Assembly: GCF_000143415.4 (NCBI RefSeq)
Contig: NW_003314264.1
Location: forward strand, 3,455,435-3,519,434
From: Selaginella moellendorffii
Taxonomy: Eukaryota > Plantae > Lycopodiophyta
DNA: 64,000 bases
Direction: 5' to 3'
Shown here: in pieces, positions 47,343 to 57,801 of the stretch
Numbering within the stretch: the first letter of the stretch is position 1
Layout: every line of letters begins with the position of its first letter
Made by a program: the position numbers and the translations under genes
Notes under the pieces: model-generated
What the model was told of the DNA's origin: nothing
The model's input: the letters and a program-made list of their open reading frames with translations, nothing else
Database searches by the model: none

Positions 47343-48420
47343 TCGGGACCGAGACCGAGGCCGAGGCCGAGTCCGAGTCCAAGTCCGAGTCCGAGTCCAA
47401 GTCCGAGTCCGAGTTCGAGTCTGAGAGGGTGAAAGCCCAAAGCATTCGTCTCCCAGACCCTGGGGGGTTTGGTGAGCTCCAAAAGTATAGTAAGCGGGAG
47501 GACTGCAGTGGAGCCAGTTTGGCCGGGAAAGGCCAGTTTGGCCCAGAGAGGCTGCACCCAGTGTTGGGTGATGAGCTGATCACTGGGAAGTCCAAGACTA
47601 GAGTGAACACGGACTGACAAGCGGGGTAGCTTGGTGAAGTGTTCAAGAGCCGGCTGTAGTTCCCCCGGGAGATCGTCTGGCCGATGCTCCCAGTCCAAGT
47701 GTGGGTGGCACTACCTACTTGGATACCTGATGTGGCTCAATGGAACCTCGCTCTAAGCCCATGTCTAGAGCACCTAAAAGTGAAAGGCAGGGAGAGTACC
47801 CACGAGGCCCGCGTAGAGCCACGGTGTTCCGAAATGTCGTCCCAAAGTCCCAAACTGTGGAAAGGAAGAGGAGTAGTCCTTTGGTGTGGTGACCAAGGAC
47901 ACAATCACACAGGGAGGAAGTCCTAGAGGACAGTGGGACTTAGTGGTCGGGCCTGTGGGCCTTGATCCAGTGGCAATGTTGGCGAGCACGGCCAAGGACG
48001 AAAAGGGACTTGGTGGGGACTGGAACGAAGATGTTGGGGAAGGCTAATCCCCATGTCTGTGGGCATCCTAAGGATGCTAAGGAGTGGATCTGGGATGATC
48101 ACTCGTGGATGGATGGCCCAGTCTTTGAGTGACGGGATTGGGATGTAGGTGGTGTCAGACCATCGTTATGACCAAGGTGAATGGACATGGCCTTAGTGTA
48201 ACAGGCTGATATGTTGGTGGTACCTTGGGGTGTTGGTCATGGGATCGGTCACGTGGAGCACTTGGACCAAGTGCATAGGTTGAGTGGCGGGGATGCCATT
48301 CTCGAGGCTAGTAAGCCCAAGTCCAAAATAGGACTTACGGAGGTTGTGAGTGAGACTCCTCCAAGTGGTCGGAGGTGCGGTTAAGTGACTAAAGTAAAAT
48401 GGAAAAATTAGTCGCTTACA
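41079..48420 (+). mobile_element. Non-autonomous, non-coding LTR retroelement (LARD-like), densely structured
   Basis: LTRs 41079-42798 and 46835-48420, perfect TSD TTATG, iMet-type PBS TGGTATCGGAG at 42802, purine-rich PPT before 46835, 4-kb interior without a recognisable gag/pol ORF. Confidence 0.93.
41312..41800 (+). repeat. Hexamer-based minisatellite (CCGAGA/TGGAGT/CCGAGT units) inside the LARD LTR; also at about 39268-39630 and 47068-47420
   Basis: Read directly; copy number differs among the three LTRs. Confidence 0.9.
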
Positions 48421-49167
48421 TTATGGCTAAGGCATTTCATGTTTTGACGTCTCGGTTGGGGATATGCCACACTTTCATGAGTGCTTATCATCCACAATCA
48501 AACGGTCTGGTGGAATAGCTCGTTTGGACATTCAAGGGGATGATTACGAAGTATGTGAATTTTTAGCATTCGGATTGGGATGGTTATTTGCCGTCTCTTT
48601 GGTATGCATATGTCACAAGGGTGCAGAGTTCTGTCGGTGCTTCACTATATAAACTCTTATATGGTCATGATCCAATATTACCAATGGAGTTGGGTTTACC
48701 TGAGGTGCGGATGCTAGGTCATGGGATTAGTATTTGACAAGCATTCTTCCACTTGTCCGAGCAGAGTCTGCCGAACACTTAGGCCGCATACAAGTGGGAC
48801 AACAACGGCGGTACAACTCCCATCATCATCCACCTGCGGAGTACAAAGTGGATGATTTGGTGTTAGTCCATTTTCCCCATCTTATGGTACGTGGTTTATC
48901 TAAGGGGCTCCTTGCATAGTGGAAAAGACCGTATTGGGTGTTGCGGTAAATTGAACCACAAGTTTATGAGGTTCGGCATGACGTCCAGCAAGCTAATCCT
49001 ATAAAGATTGTGCATGTGCAGTGGTTGAAACACTTCATACAAAGGGATCAGGAGCAGTTAATACCACCTACAGATCCGTTGATGCCTCCTCCTGACGTTC
49101 CTCCAGATCCTGGCTTGTCTACAAGAGAACCTTGATGGTCTTTCATTGTTCCGAGAGGAGGGGATGA

Positions 49168-49342
49168 TGTGAGGGCCAAGTGTATAGCTACGATACCGTA
49201 TAGTAATATTAGCATAGTGGGATTTTGGTAACTGTCAGATTGGTTTCAATCTAGACCACTCGCTCCTGTATATAAGCTAGGGTTTTTGGGCTAATTGATA
49301 TGCACATTTCTATATTCCCTTTCCATATTCCATGCACTCACA
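49168..49342 (+). repeat. 3' LTR of element 2
   Basis: TGTGAGGGCC..CTCACA after the PPT. Confidence 0.9.
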
Positions 49343-49774
49343 ATGCAACTTCCTTTCTTTCAATATATATTTTTCTCTAAATATATTCTTGAAAGTAAGA
49401 GCTGTATAATCATTTTGGTTTCCCATAACAAGAAAGGGATTTTTTCATTGCATTCCATGTTGATTCAATATGATTTGTATGAACTCTAGTCACGGGATCA
49501 ATAAAATTCTAGGAGTGGTTGATTGTATAATGAGTAAAGGTCAATTGATTCAACCATTCTGAATAATAACCAGCCCAACAATCACTATATATAATTGTTC
49601 CTAAAAAATTAATCTATTAACAACATCTACTAATTAAAGTTCAATATTACTAATTTAGAGTTAATTGTTAAACATTTAAGGTGTGACTAAGCGTGCCATG
49701 GAGGAAGCAAGGAGTGAGCGTGGCAAAGGGGCAACCACGTAAAAGAGGGGGGTGTTGTATTATGTATTTCTCTT

Positions 49775-50340
49775 GGGACTATTGTTATGGAGCTTTGCAG
49801 CCATATCTTGGCAAAGTGATTGATCTAGGGCGGGGCAGTGACTGAGGAAGAAGTAGCAAAGACTATTAAAACACTAGTAGAGACACTCAAGTGGATGCAC
49901 TCAAGAGGGGTCATCCACCGCAATCTCAAGCCTCACAACATCTTTGAGAGGCTCAATGCTAGTGCAATGGATGAAGTGGTGATTGGAGATTTTGGCATGG
50001 CCACAGACAAGTAGTGGGATATGTGGTAGTACTGTGGAACAATGAAGTACATGGCACTTGAGGTGGTAGCAGTGAAGAGTGATGGAGCTTGAGGACCATG
50101 AGCGAGCTACACGGAGGCCGTGGATGTGTGGGGGTTGGGAGTCATTGCGTACGAGCTGCTGAGAGGGTATCAAGGAGTTGAATTTGATTTTTGAGAGCCA
50201 AAGCATTCCTGAGTGGTTTTGCATCGTGTGAAGCAGAGGATCTCATCCAAGGAATTCTAGCTGTGGAGCAGAGGAAGAGGGTGACTCTAGATGCTGTGCT
50301 TGTGCATCCTTGGATCTTCAAGCATTATGGTAGTGGGGAG
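49775..50340 (+). pseudogene. Ser/Thr kinase pseudogene, C-lobe
   Basis: IVMELC, MHSRGVIHRNLKPHNI, IGDFGMA, CGTMKYMALEV, VDVWGLGVIAYELL, RVTLDAVLVHPWI; stops and frameshifts. Confidence 0.8.
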
Positions 50341-50726
50341 TGTCAGGAATCCCCCAATTCTTGCCACATTCCTGACTCTCGCCGGATTCCTGACCTGCAG
50401 ACCACATTCCTGACTCTCGAGACACTTCCCTATTCCTGACTCTCGAGACACTTCCCGATTCCTGAGTCTCGAGACACTTCCCGATTCCTGAGTCTCGAGC
50501 CACATTCCTGATGATGATGTGGCGCCTCCTCGACCTCAGCTGTATTTAGGCCGTCCTCGATCCAAGAATGGTGGAGCTTCATCAACCTATAGTATATATA
50601 GGTTAGCCTTGTTCCATTTCTCCACAATCTGAATCAACACCAGTCTAAGGCCTCTTCTTTGTTTTCACTAGCTTTTTCTCTTTGTCTTTAGCATTTTCCA
50701 GTCTTGATCTTGTTGGGGTCTTGACA
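50341..50726 (+). repeat. 5' LTR of element 3, with 26-bp internal tandem repeats (one more unit than the 3' LTR)
   Basis: ATTCCTGA(C/G)TCTCGAGACACTTCCCG units; TATATATA at about 50593. Confidence 0.93.
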
Positions 50727-50824
50727 GTTTGATTCAGATTGTGTTTTTTGCTTTTCTTTTAGCTCGTTTTGATTATTTGATTGCCTTTGTCTTTTTCCCC
50801 CTTTTCTTTTCTTTCTTCTTGCCA

Positions 50825-51796
50825 ATGGAGTCTCCAAGCCATCCTGATTTCTTTGCCGAAGTCCTTGCAAAACTCCAGTCTGAGAATACCGAGCTGAAGG
50901 CGACCCTTCTTCGCATGCAGCAGGAGCTTGCTTCACTTTCGGCTCAAGGATCCAGCAAAGTTCCTGAACCGAAGGTGAGTTTCCCGGCAAAATTTTCAGG
51001 CAAGCGTTCGGAGCTTCGTGGATTTTTGAACCAAATGGAGCTGATCTTTGCACTTCAACATTGGCGGTACCCCACTCCCGAGTCTCAAATCGGCGCGATT
51101 GGGACGTTGCTCGAGGGTGCAGCTTTGTCATGGTTTTCTCCTCTTCTGGAGAAGAGCATGAAAGGGGTTGTGGTTCCGGAGCTGATGGATCTTCAATTGT
51201 TCAAAGAGAAGCTCGAAGCATGTTTTGGCGAGACAGATCGGGTTCGGGCTGCTACCACAAAGATGAGACGTCTCTCTCAGGGGTCTCGTCCTGCCTCGAT
51301 TTACGCTGCAGAGTTCCAACTCCTTGCCTTGGACACTCAGTGGGATGAGCAGGCCCTGATTGACCAATTTCGTTTCGGCCTCAACAAGGGTGTCAAGGAT
51401 TTGTTGCTCACCATGGAGGATCCCAAGGACTTGTCGGACGCCATCAACAAAGCTGTTCGATGTGACAATCGTCTCTTTGAACGTCGTCAGGAAAGTCGCC
51501 GCGCCGCTGTTTTTCCGTCCCAGACTCAGGAATCCCAGCTTGAGTCTTCGGGGCATAGTCCTGAACCTACTGCTCCGGTCCCGATGGATATTTCTGGTAC
51601 TTCCCGACTCATTAGAGGGAAGTTGAGTCCTGCTGAGAGGCAACGTCGAATATCTCATAATCTTTGCCTCTACTGTGCTGATCCTAATCACAAAGCAGCT
51701 GTGTGTCCCAGGAAGCCTCCCCGATTGCTCGAGTTCACTCTGCCTCAAAGTCCACTTCTGTTGCAGTCGGGAAACGACCCTGTCCAAACAGAGTAG
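50825..51796 (+). CDS. Gag of element 3 (intact ORF)
   Basis: PAKFSG..GFL, LEGAALSWF, LSQGSRP..YAAEF, PVPMDI, CLYCADPNHKAAVC. Confidence 0.92.
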   Translation: MESPSHPDFFAEVLAKLQSENTELKATLLRMQQELASLSAQGSSKVPEPKVSFPAKFSGKRSELRGFLNQMELIFALQHWRYPTPESQIGAIGTLLEGAALSWFSPLLEKSMKGVVVPELMDLQLFKEKLEACFGETDRVRAATTKMRRLSQGSRPASIYAAEFQLLALDTQWDEQALIDQFRFGLNKGVKDLLLTMEDPKDLSDAINKAVRCDNRLFERRQESRRAAVFPSQTQESQLESSGHSPEPTAPVPMDISGTSRLIRGKLSPAERQRRISHNLCLYCADPNHKAAVCPRKPPRLLEFTLPQSPLLLQSGNDPVQTE

Positions 51797-54700
51797 GAGC
51801 TGTCTGTTTGGACTCCCCAAATAAAAATCACTTTTCTTCCTTATCAAGCTCCTCACCACCTTTCATCAAAGCCACCACCAATTCCCGCAACTTCCGCGTC
51901 CCATGTCTCTTTTCTTTCACCGGACAATCAGGACTCAAGGCTTTGGCGCTACTGGACTCGGGTGCAACTTCCTGCTTCATGGACACGGACTTTGCTGCCT
52001 GATATCACGTTCCTCTTTCTCCTACCATACGGGATTTGAGGGTTGAAGGCATCGGCGGGCATTTTGTGTCTCCATCTTCTGGACTTAGGGAAACATTGCC
52101 CGTTCGAGTACACATCGGGTCCACCGTCACCGATATCGCCTTCAACATCATCAACAGCAAGTCCTCCTCTGTGGTGCTCGGTCTTCCTTGGTTCCAACTA
52201 CATCAGCCTCAGATTTGTTGGAAGGACTTACAGCTCATCTCTCCCACATCACCATCTCCCACGGCTTCCCCTGGTGTTCATCGAGTCCGAATCAGGAAAA
52301 GTTCCCTAAACTCAAGTCGGGGTTCTGTTCCTGACTCTACGAAGTTTTCATCCTCTTCTCTTTCCTCTCTTCCATCTTACACTGGACAGTATCCTCGTCT
52401 CATCATTCCATTTAGTCGTACCCCTTCTCCTATCTCCACAATCACTATGAAAGAACTCCTTCATGAAGAACCTCTTTTTCTTTTTGCTTTGCATGTTTCT
52501 CCTGTCAGTCTTCCTGAGAAGTATCATGATTTTGGGGATGTGTTTGACAAGAAAAAAGCTAGTGTACTGCCTGTTCATCGGCCTTATGATTGTCCCATTG
52601 ATTTACAGGAAGGAGCGTCACCTCCGTAGGGGCCTATCTACGGGTTATCCCCGTCCGATCTTAAGGCCCTCAAAGAGTATGTGGATGAGAACCTTGCCTC
52701 GGGCTACATTCAGCATTCGCAGTCCCCGGCTGGAGCGCCTGTCTTCTTTGTCAAGAAGAAGGATGGGAGCTTGCGGCTAGTCATTGACTACCGAGGTTTG
52801 AACAAGGTGACTGTTCGGAACCGTTATCCGCTGCCCCTGATCTCGGACCTGTTGGAACGCCTCGGCGGTGCCCGCTTCTTCACCAAGATCGACCTCCGTG
52901 GAGCATACAACCTGATCCGGATCCGGCTTGGTGATGAATGGAAGACTGCGTTCCAAACCCGCTATAGCCACTTCGAGTACACTGTCATGCCATTTGGCTT
53001 GACAAATGCTCCAGCGGTTTTCCAACACATGGCGAACGACGTTTTTCGGGAGTTTCTTGATCAGATGGTGATCGTCTACCTCGATGACATCCTCATCTAC
53101 TCAAAAACTCAGGAGGAGCATGACGAACATGTTCGCAAGGTGCTAGCGAAGCTGCGAGAACACGGCCTATACGCGAAACTTGAGAAATGTTCCTTTGATC
53201 AGCAGTCTGTGGAGTTCCTTGGGTACATTGTCACTCCTGAGGGTATCACGATGGATCCTGCTAAAGTCAAGACTATTCTCGAATGGGAGCCTCCACAATC
53301 AATGTCGGACGTTCAGGTTTTCCTTGGCTTCGCCAACTTCTACGGCAAATTCATTGATCACTACTCTGACATTGTCCTTCCTCTCACACATCTCACTCGC
53401 AAGGATGTTCCCTTCTCTTGGTTTGCTGCTGCCCAGCAGGCCTTCAACACACTCAAGGCGGCCTTCAGTTCTGCTCCTGTCTTGATCCATGCTGATTCCT
53501 CACAACCTTTCTTCATTGAGGCTGATGCCTCCGACTTTGCCATTGGTGCTGTGCTGTCTCAACTCGGAGCGGATCACAAACTTCATCCGGTCACTTTCCA
53601 TTCTCGGAAATTCCAGCCTACGGAGATCAATTACGAAATCCACGACAAGGAGCTCCTTGCCATCGTGGATTCCTTTGGAGAGTGGCGCCGTTTCTTGGAG
53701 GGGGCGAGCCATCAAACAACAGTCTGGACGGATCACAAAAATCTCGAGTACTTTGCCACTTCCCGAGTTTTAAGCCGTCGTCAAGCAAGGTGGGCACAAT
53801 TCCTGAGTCGGTTTGACTTTGTTATCAAGTACAGACCTGGAAAGTTTCAAGGCCTTCCTGATGCTCTTTCAAGGCGCTCCTATCTCAGTCTCAGGCCTGG
53901 TAATCCTGCCTTCGATCAACAGGATCAAGTTATCCTCGGTCCTGATCGGCTTCAAGTTATGGCAATTTCCCTGGCCCCTCAGGACTCCTCCTTGATGGAT
54001 GCAATCAGAAACGATCTTCAATCCGATGATCTCGCTAGCGACATTTTCCCCCATCTTCAGGCTGGACACCCAGTGACTCCCGACTGCCAGCGATTTGACG
54101 AGTTCGAGTTCTTAGATGGCTTATTGTACCGTGGGGAGCAGCTTTACGTTCCTGAAGGTGATGCTCGAAGGTTGGTCCTGATGGCGTGCCACGATAGCCC
54201 GACTGCTGGTCACTTCGGCATTGCGAAAACCTATGAGCTAGTTGCACGGGACTTTTGGTGGCCTCACATGGACGACTACATCAAAGCTTTTGTTACCTCC
54301 TGTGACACTTGTGCCCGGAATAAGGTACCTCGCCACCTTCCTTCAGGTTTGCTTCGTTCCCTTCCGGTCCCTTCAGGTCCTTGGGAATCCATCTCCATGG
54401 ATTTCTTGAGTGATCTTCCGAGTTCTGGAGGCTTCAACAGCATTTTAGTCGTGGTGGATCGCTTCACAAAGATGGTGCACTTCTTGCCATGTACCAAGGA
54501 GTTTTTGGGCGAGGACATGGCAAAACTGGTATTTAGGGAAATTTTCCGACTTCATGGGATTCCTATAGATGTGGTTTCAGATCGGGGGCCTCAGTTCATC
54601 TCTCATTTCTGGCAACGGTTTTTGCAGCTGCTTGGAGTGAAGGCCAACCTCTCTTCGGCATATCATCCTCAAACTGATGGGCAGTCCGAGCGAACGATTC

Positions 54701-55542
54701 AGACGTTGGAACAATTCTTGAGGTGCTTCATCAACTATCATCAGGATAACTGGTTCAATATCCTTCCCCTTGCTGAGTTTTCCTATAACAACTCTGTTCA
54801 CTCCTCTCTTCGAGTTTCCCCCTTCTTTGCGAACTCTGGCCGAAATCCCTGATTCAATCTCTCACTTCCTTCTCCATCTGAATCCTCTCGTTCAAATCCC
54901 CGCTCTGAGGCATTTATCTCCAACCTCCAGGAAATCCACAACTCCATCTCCTTCCACCTCCATCGTGCTCAGGAATCTCATAAAACATTTGCCAATGTCC
55001 ATCGTCAGGATTGTCCCCCTTACAATATCGGGGATAAAGTCTGGCTCCTCAGGCGAAATATCTCCACCACCAGGCCCTGTCCAAAACTCGATTTCAAATG
55101 CCTTGGTCCTTTCCCTATCACTGCCATCATTAATCCTGTCACTTATCGCCTTGCACTTCCCTCCTCATATCAAATTCACCCCATTTTTCACTCCTCTCTC
55201 CTTGAGCCTTATATTCCCAGTCCTATTCCAAATCGGGTCATTCCTCCGCCTCCACCAGTGCAGCTCGAGGATGGGTCTGAGTACGAGGTTCAGGACATCC
55301 TTGATTCCAAGATTTCACGGTCTAAACTCTACTATCTAGTGGACTGGAAGGGTTACGGACTTGAGGAACGCACTTGGGAACCTGCGGACAACCTGATTCA
55401 TTCTCCTGACCTTGTTCAGGACTTCCACCGCCGCTATCCTTCTCGTCCCAGTCCTCATTTTTTTTCTCCCTCTCCCATCCCTCGCCGCTCATCCCATCCT
55501 CCTCTTCGTTCTCGTTCACATCCTCGTTCCACTCGTTCTTGA
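51776..55542 (+). pseudogene. pol of element 3 (PR-RT-RH-IN-chromodomain), in the -1 frame, with three nonsense codons
   Basis: LLDSGAT, YLDD, DASDFAIGA, SMDF, SDRG, HPQTDGQSER, YEVQDILDS..YYLVDWKGY..TWEP; stops at 52000-02, 52627-29 and 54850-52. Confidence 0.92.
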
Positions 55543-55553
55543 GGAGGGGGTGC

Positions 55554-55914
55554 TGTCAGGAATCCCCCAATTCTTGCCACATTCCTGACTCTCGCCGGAT
55601 TCCTGACCTGCAAACCACATTCCTGACTCTCGAGACACTTCTCGATTCCTGAGTCTCGAGACACTTCCCGATTCCTGAGTCTCGAGCCACATTCTTGATG
55701 ATGATGTGGCGCCTCCTCGACCTCAGCTGTATTTAGGCTGTCCTCGATCCAAGAATGGTGGAGCTTCATCAACCTATAGTATATATAGGTTAGCCTTGTT
55801 CCATTTCTCCACAATCTGAATCAACACCAGTCTAAGGCCTCTTCTTTGTTTTCACTAGCTTTTTCTCTTTGTCTTTAGCATTTTCCAGTCTTGATCTTGT
55901 TGGGGGTCTTGACA
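55554..55914 (+). repeat. 3' LTR of element 3
   Basis: Homologous to 50341-50726. Confidence 0.93.
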
Positions 55915-56332
55915 GGGAGGTCTTGGCAACAATGACAAATTGTGGAGTGAAAAGAAGATTTTCTAGCATCGGCAAGGACTTATCGCGAAAAAGATTTTAG
56001 GGGGATAGCTATTAAAACCAACAGTATGGTAAGTATATCGTTTTCTTCCAAGTTTTCAAGAACAATTGAAGTTAATTTTAATTTTTTTGCTTTTCTGGAA
56101 ATTGGTATTGCTGGTGGACTGAGAACAATGATGTTGGAGATACATGTGAACAGCATACGAAGAATAAAAGAATGAATAGAATGAGAGCACTGCTAAAGTT
56201 GATGAAGGGGCTTTTCTCTTCCAGAAAACTTCATTCAGGTGGAACACATTTTCAAAAACAGCCTTCCACCACAAAATTCAATATATAGAAAGAAAAATTC
56301 AAACCAAAGACACCATCATTACGTACCGGGAC

Positions 56333-56900
56333 ATGAACTCTCACCCAGACGAGGCCACAATCATGAGTGCGCTTGCGGCACTGTTGGCTCTTGCGGATTT
56401 TGACAATCAACACTTGAGCTTTCGAGCCACTCCAGCAGTGGAGTCCGCACTCCTGAGCTTGCACGCCAAGTGTGGGATGCTGTTCGAGAAGAACCACGAG
56501 AAGTATCTAGTCTCTAGGATGGTGGCAGCGTGCGCACAGCACGGAGATGGGTCTGAGGCCCTCGCGCTGATCCACCGGATGGAGCTGGAGGGGATCTCCT
56601 TGAATGGAGTGATGCTGTCGGGGTGCTCGCATCGTGCTCCCATACCGGGCTGCTCAAATGGGGGATGTTCTATGCAGGTGGCTGAGCTGCTAGCATGGGG
56701 TGGCGATGGAGAGTGAGCAGTACGGGTTTGTGGTGGAGCTGCTCCGGCGGTGTGCTGAGGCCAAGGTGCTGCTCCGTAGTATCCCGCTGGAGCCGCGCTG
56801 TGGGTGATGCACACGAGGAGGTGAGCCTTCCGGACCATGCCACCTGGGGGTTGGATCCCGGTGACACTGCGTCTGATGTGCTCCTCGCCATGCATACTAA
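56333..56900 (+). pseudogene. Heavily deleted PLS-class PPR remnant
   Basis: PDEATIMSALAA, SALLSLHAKCG, MVAACAQHGDGSEALALIHRMELEGI, LSGCSH, LDPGDTASDVLLA. Confidence 0.7.
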
Positions 56901-57514
56901 CTACGGGAATTTTGTGGTCAGCACCCAGCTCTTGTTCTCCAGACTTGTTTTGTTCTTCAGTAATTCGGGAAGGAAATAGAAAGCGAGTGTTATCTCTGCA
57001 GCCAGGAGACAAGGGTGTGGGGTTGTCTCAGATCTTTCACATGCTCAATCACTTGCACTCTAGATCTCTCATGTGAACAATTACTTGCACTCTCAATCTC
57101 TTGCGTGTTCAATCACTCCCGCACGTGCTCAAACAAATAATGCCTAACCCTAATCTTAGTAAACCTAACCCAATCTCACATCTTGACAGTTCATTCCAAA
57201 TAACTTAAATCTCGGCCATCTGTTTCATTATTATCACATCAGTATATCACAGATCTTATTTTATCTTATCATTATTATTTTATGCCAATTTATGATTCTT
57301 TATTTTAAATATTTTAATAACAATAAACTAGCACTTGGCAATGTTTAATTTATTCAAGATATGATATTTATCTATCCCAATTTTATAGAAAGGATGCATT
57401 CTCATCAATATTTTGTACATTTTTTGGATTTATTACAGAAACTTTGAAGAGTATAAGGCATGATGCATTATTATATTAAATATGTTGTACTATATTAATC
57501 TATAATATGGATGG

Positions 57515-57801
57515 ATGCTTTATTTTGTTAAAGTGGAACTTTTCATTATCCCACTTATGGTGTGTGGCCACATGCCATTTTTATAACAACAATAAAAAAT
57601 TGAAGTTTTAGCTTTATAATTTATAAATTAAAAACTTTTCATATGATTTTGTGTTATAATATTGTGAAATATAAAAAATAAATTAAAAAACTGATAGAAA
57701 TATTAATAAATATTAATTAAGTACTAGGAAATGGCATGTGGACACATGCTAATTAATGTCCCACTTTACTGAATAAGTTCCACTTTAACAAAATAAAGCA
57801 T
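57515..57801. mobile_element. MITE-like foldback element
   Basis: 27-bp perfect TIR ATGCTTTATTTTGTTAAAGTGGAACTT, inner IR (CCACATGCCATTT/AAATGGCATGTGG), AT-rich core, ATGG on both flanks. Confidence 0.75.

Larger units (their letters stand above)
35419..49342 (+). mobile_element. Older non-chromovirus Ty3/gypsy element (element 2), interrupted by two nested insertions
   Basis: Diverged short LTRs 35419-35585 and 49168-49342, 4-bp TSD ATGC, tRNA-Ala-type PBS TGGTGGAGGTG, PPT GAGAGGAGGGG, decayed gag-PR-RT-RH-IN. Confidence 0.92.
50341..55914 (+). mobile_element. Tcn1-like chromovirus (Ty3/gypsy), self-priming, recently inactivated (element 3)
   Basis: LTRs 50341-50726 and 55554-55914 nearly identical, TSD GGGAG, PPT GAGGAGGGGG, separate gag and pol, C-terminal chromodomain. 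Confidence 0.96.

Noticed and set aside
38975-47698. RD/RP/SR-rich and LGLG ORFs in the LARD LTRs
   Set aside because: Translations of the hexamer minisatellite, which is open in many frames; starts and stops are not conserved between copies
50366-50500. CRISPR-like 26-bp repeats
   Set aside because: Head-to-tail without unique spacers, inside an LTR, eukaryotic context, no cas genes
41079-50530. Hammerhead ribozyme/retrozyme in the structured LTRs
   Set aside because: No CUGAUGA + GAAA core in the proper helix context was found by eye (GTGATGAG in the LARD LTR; CTGATGA without GAAA in element 3); an Infernal scan is still worthwhile
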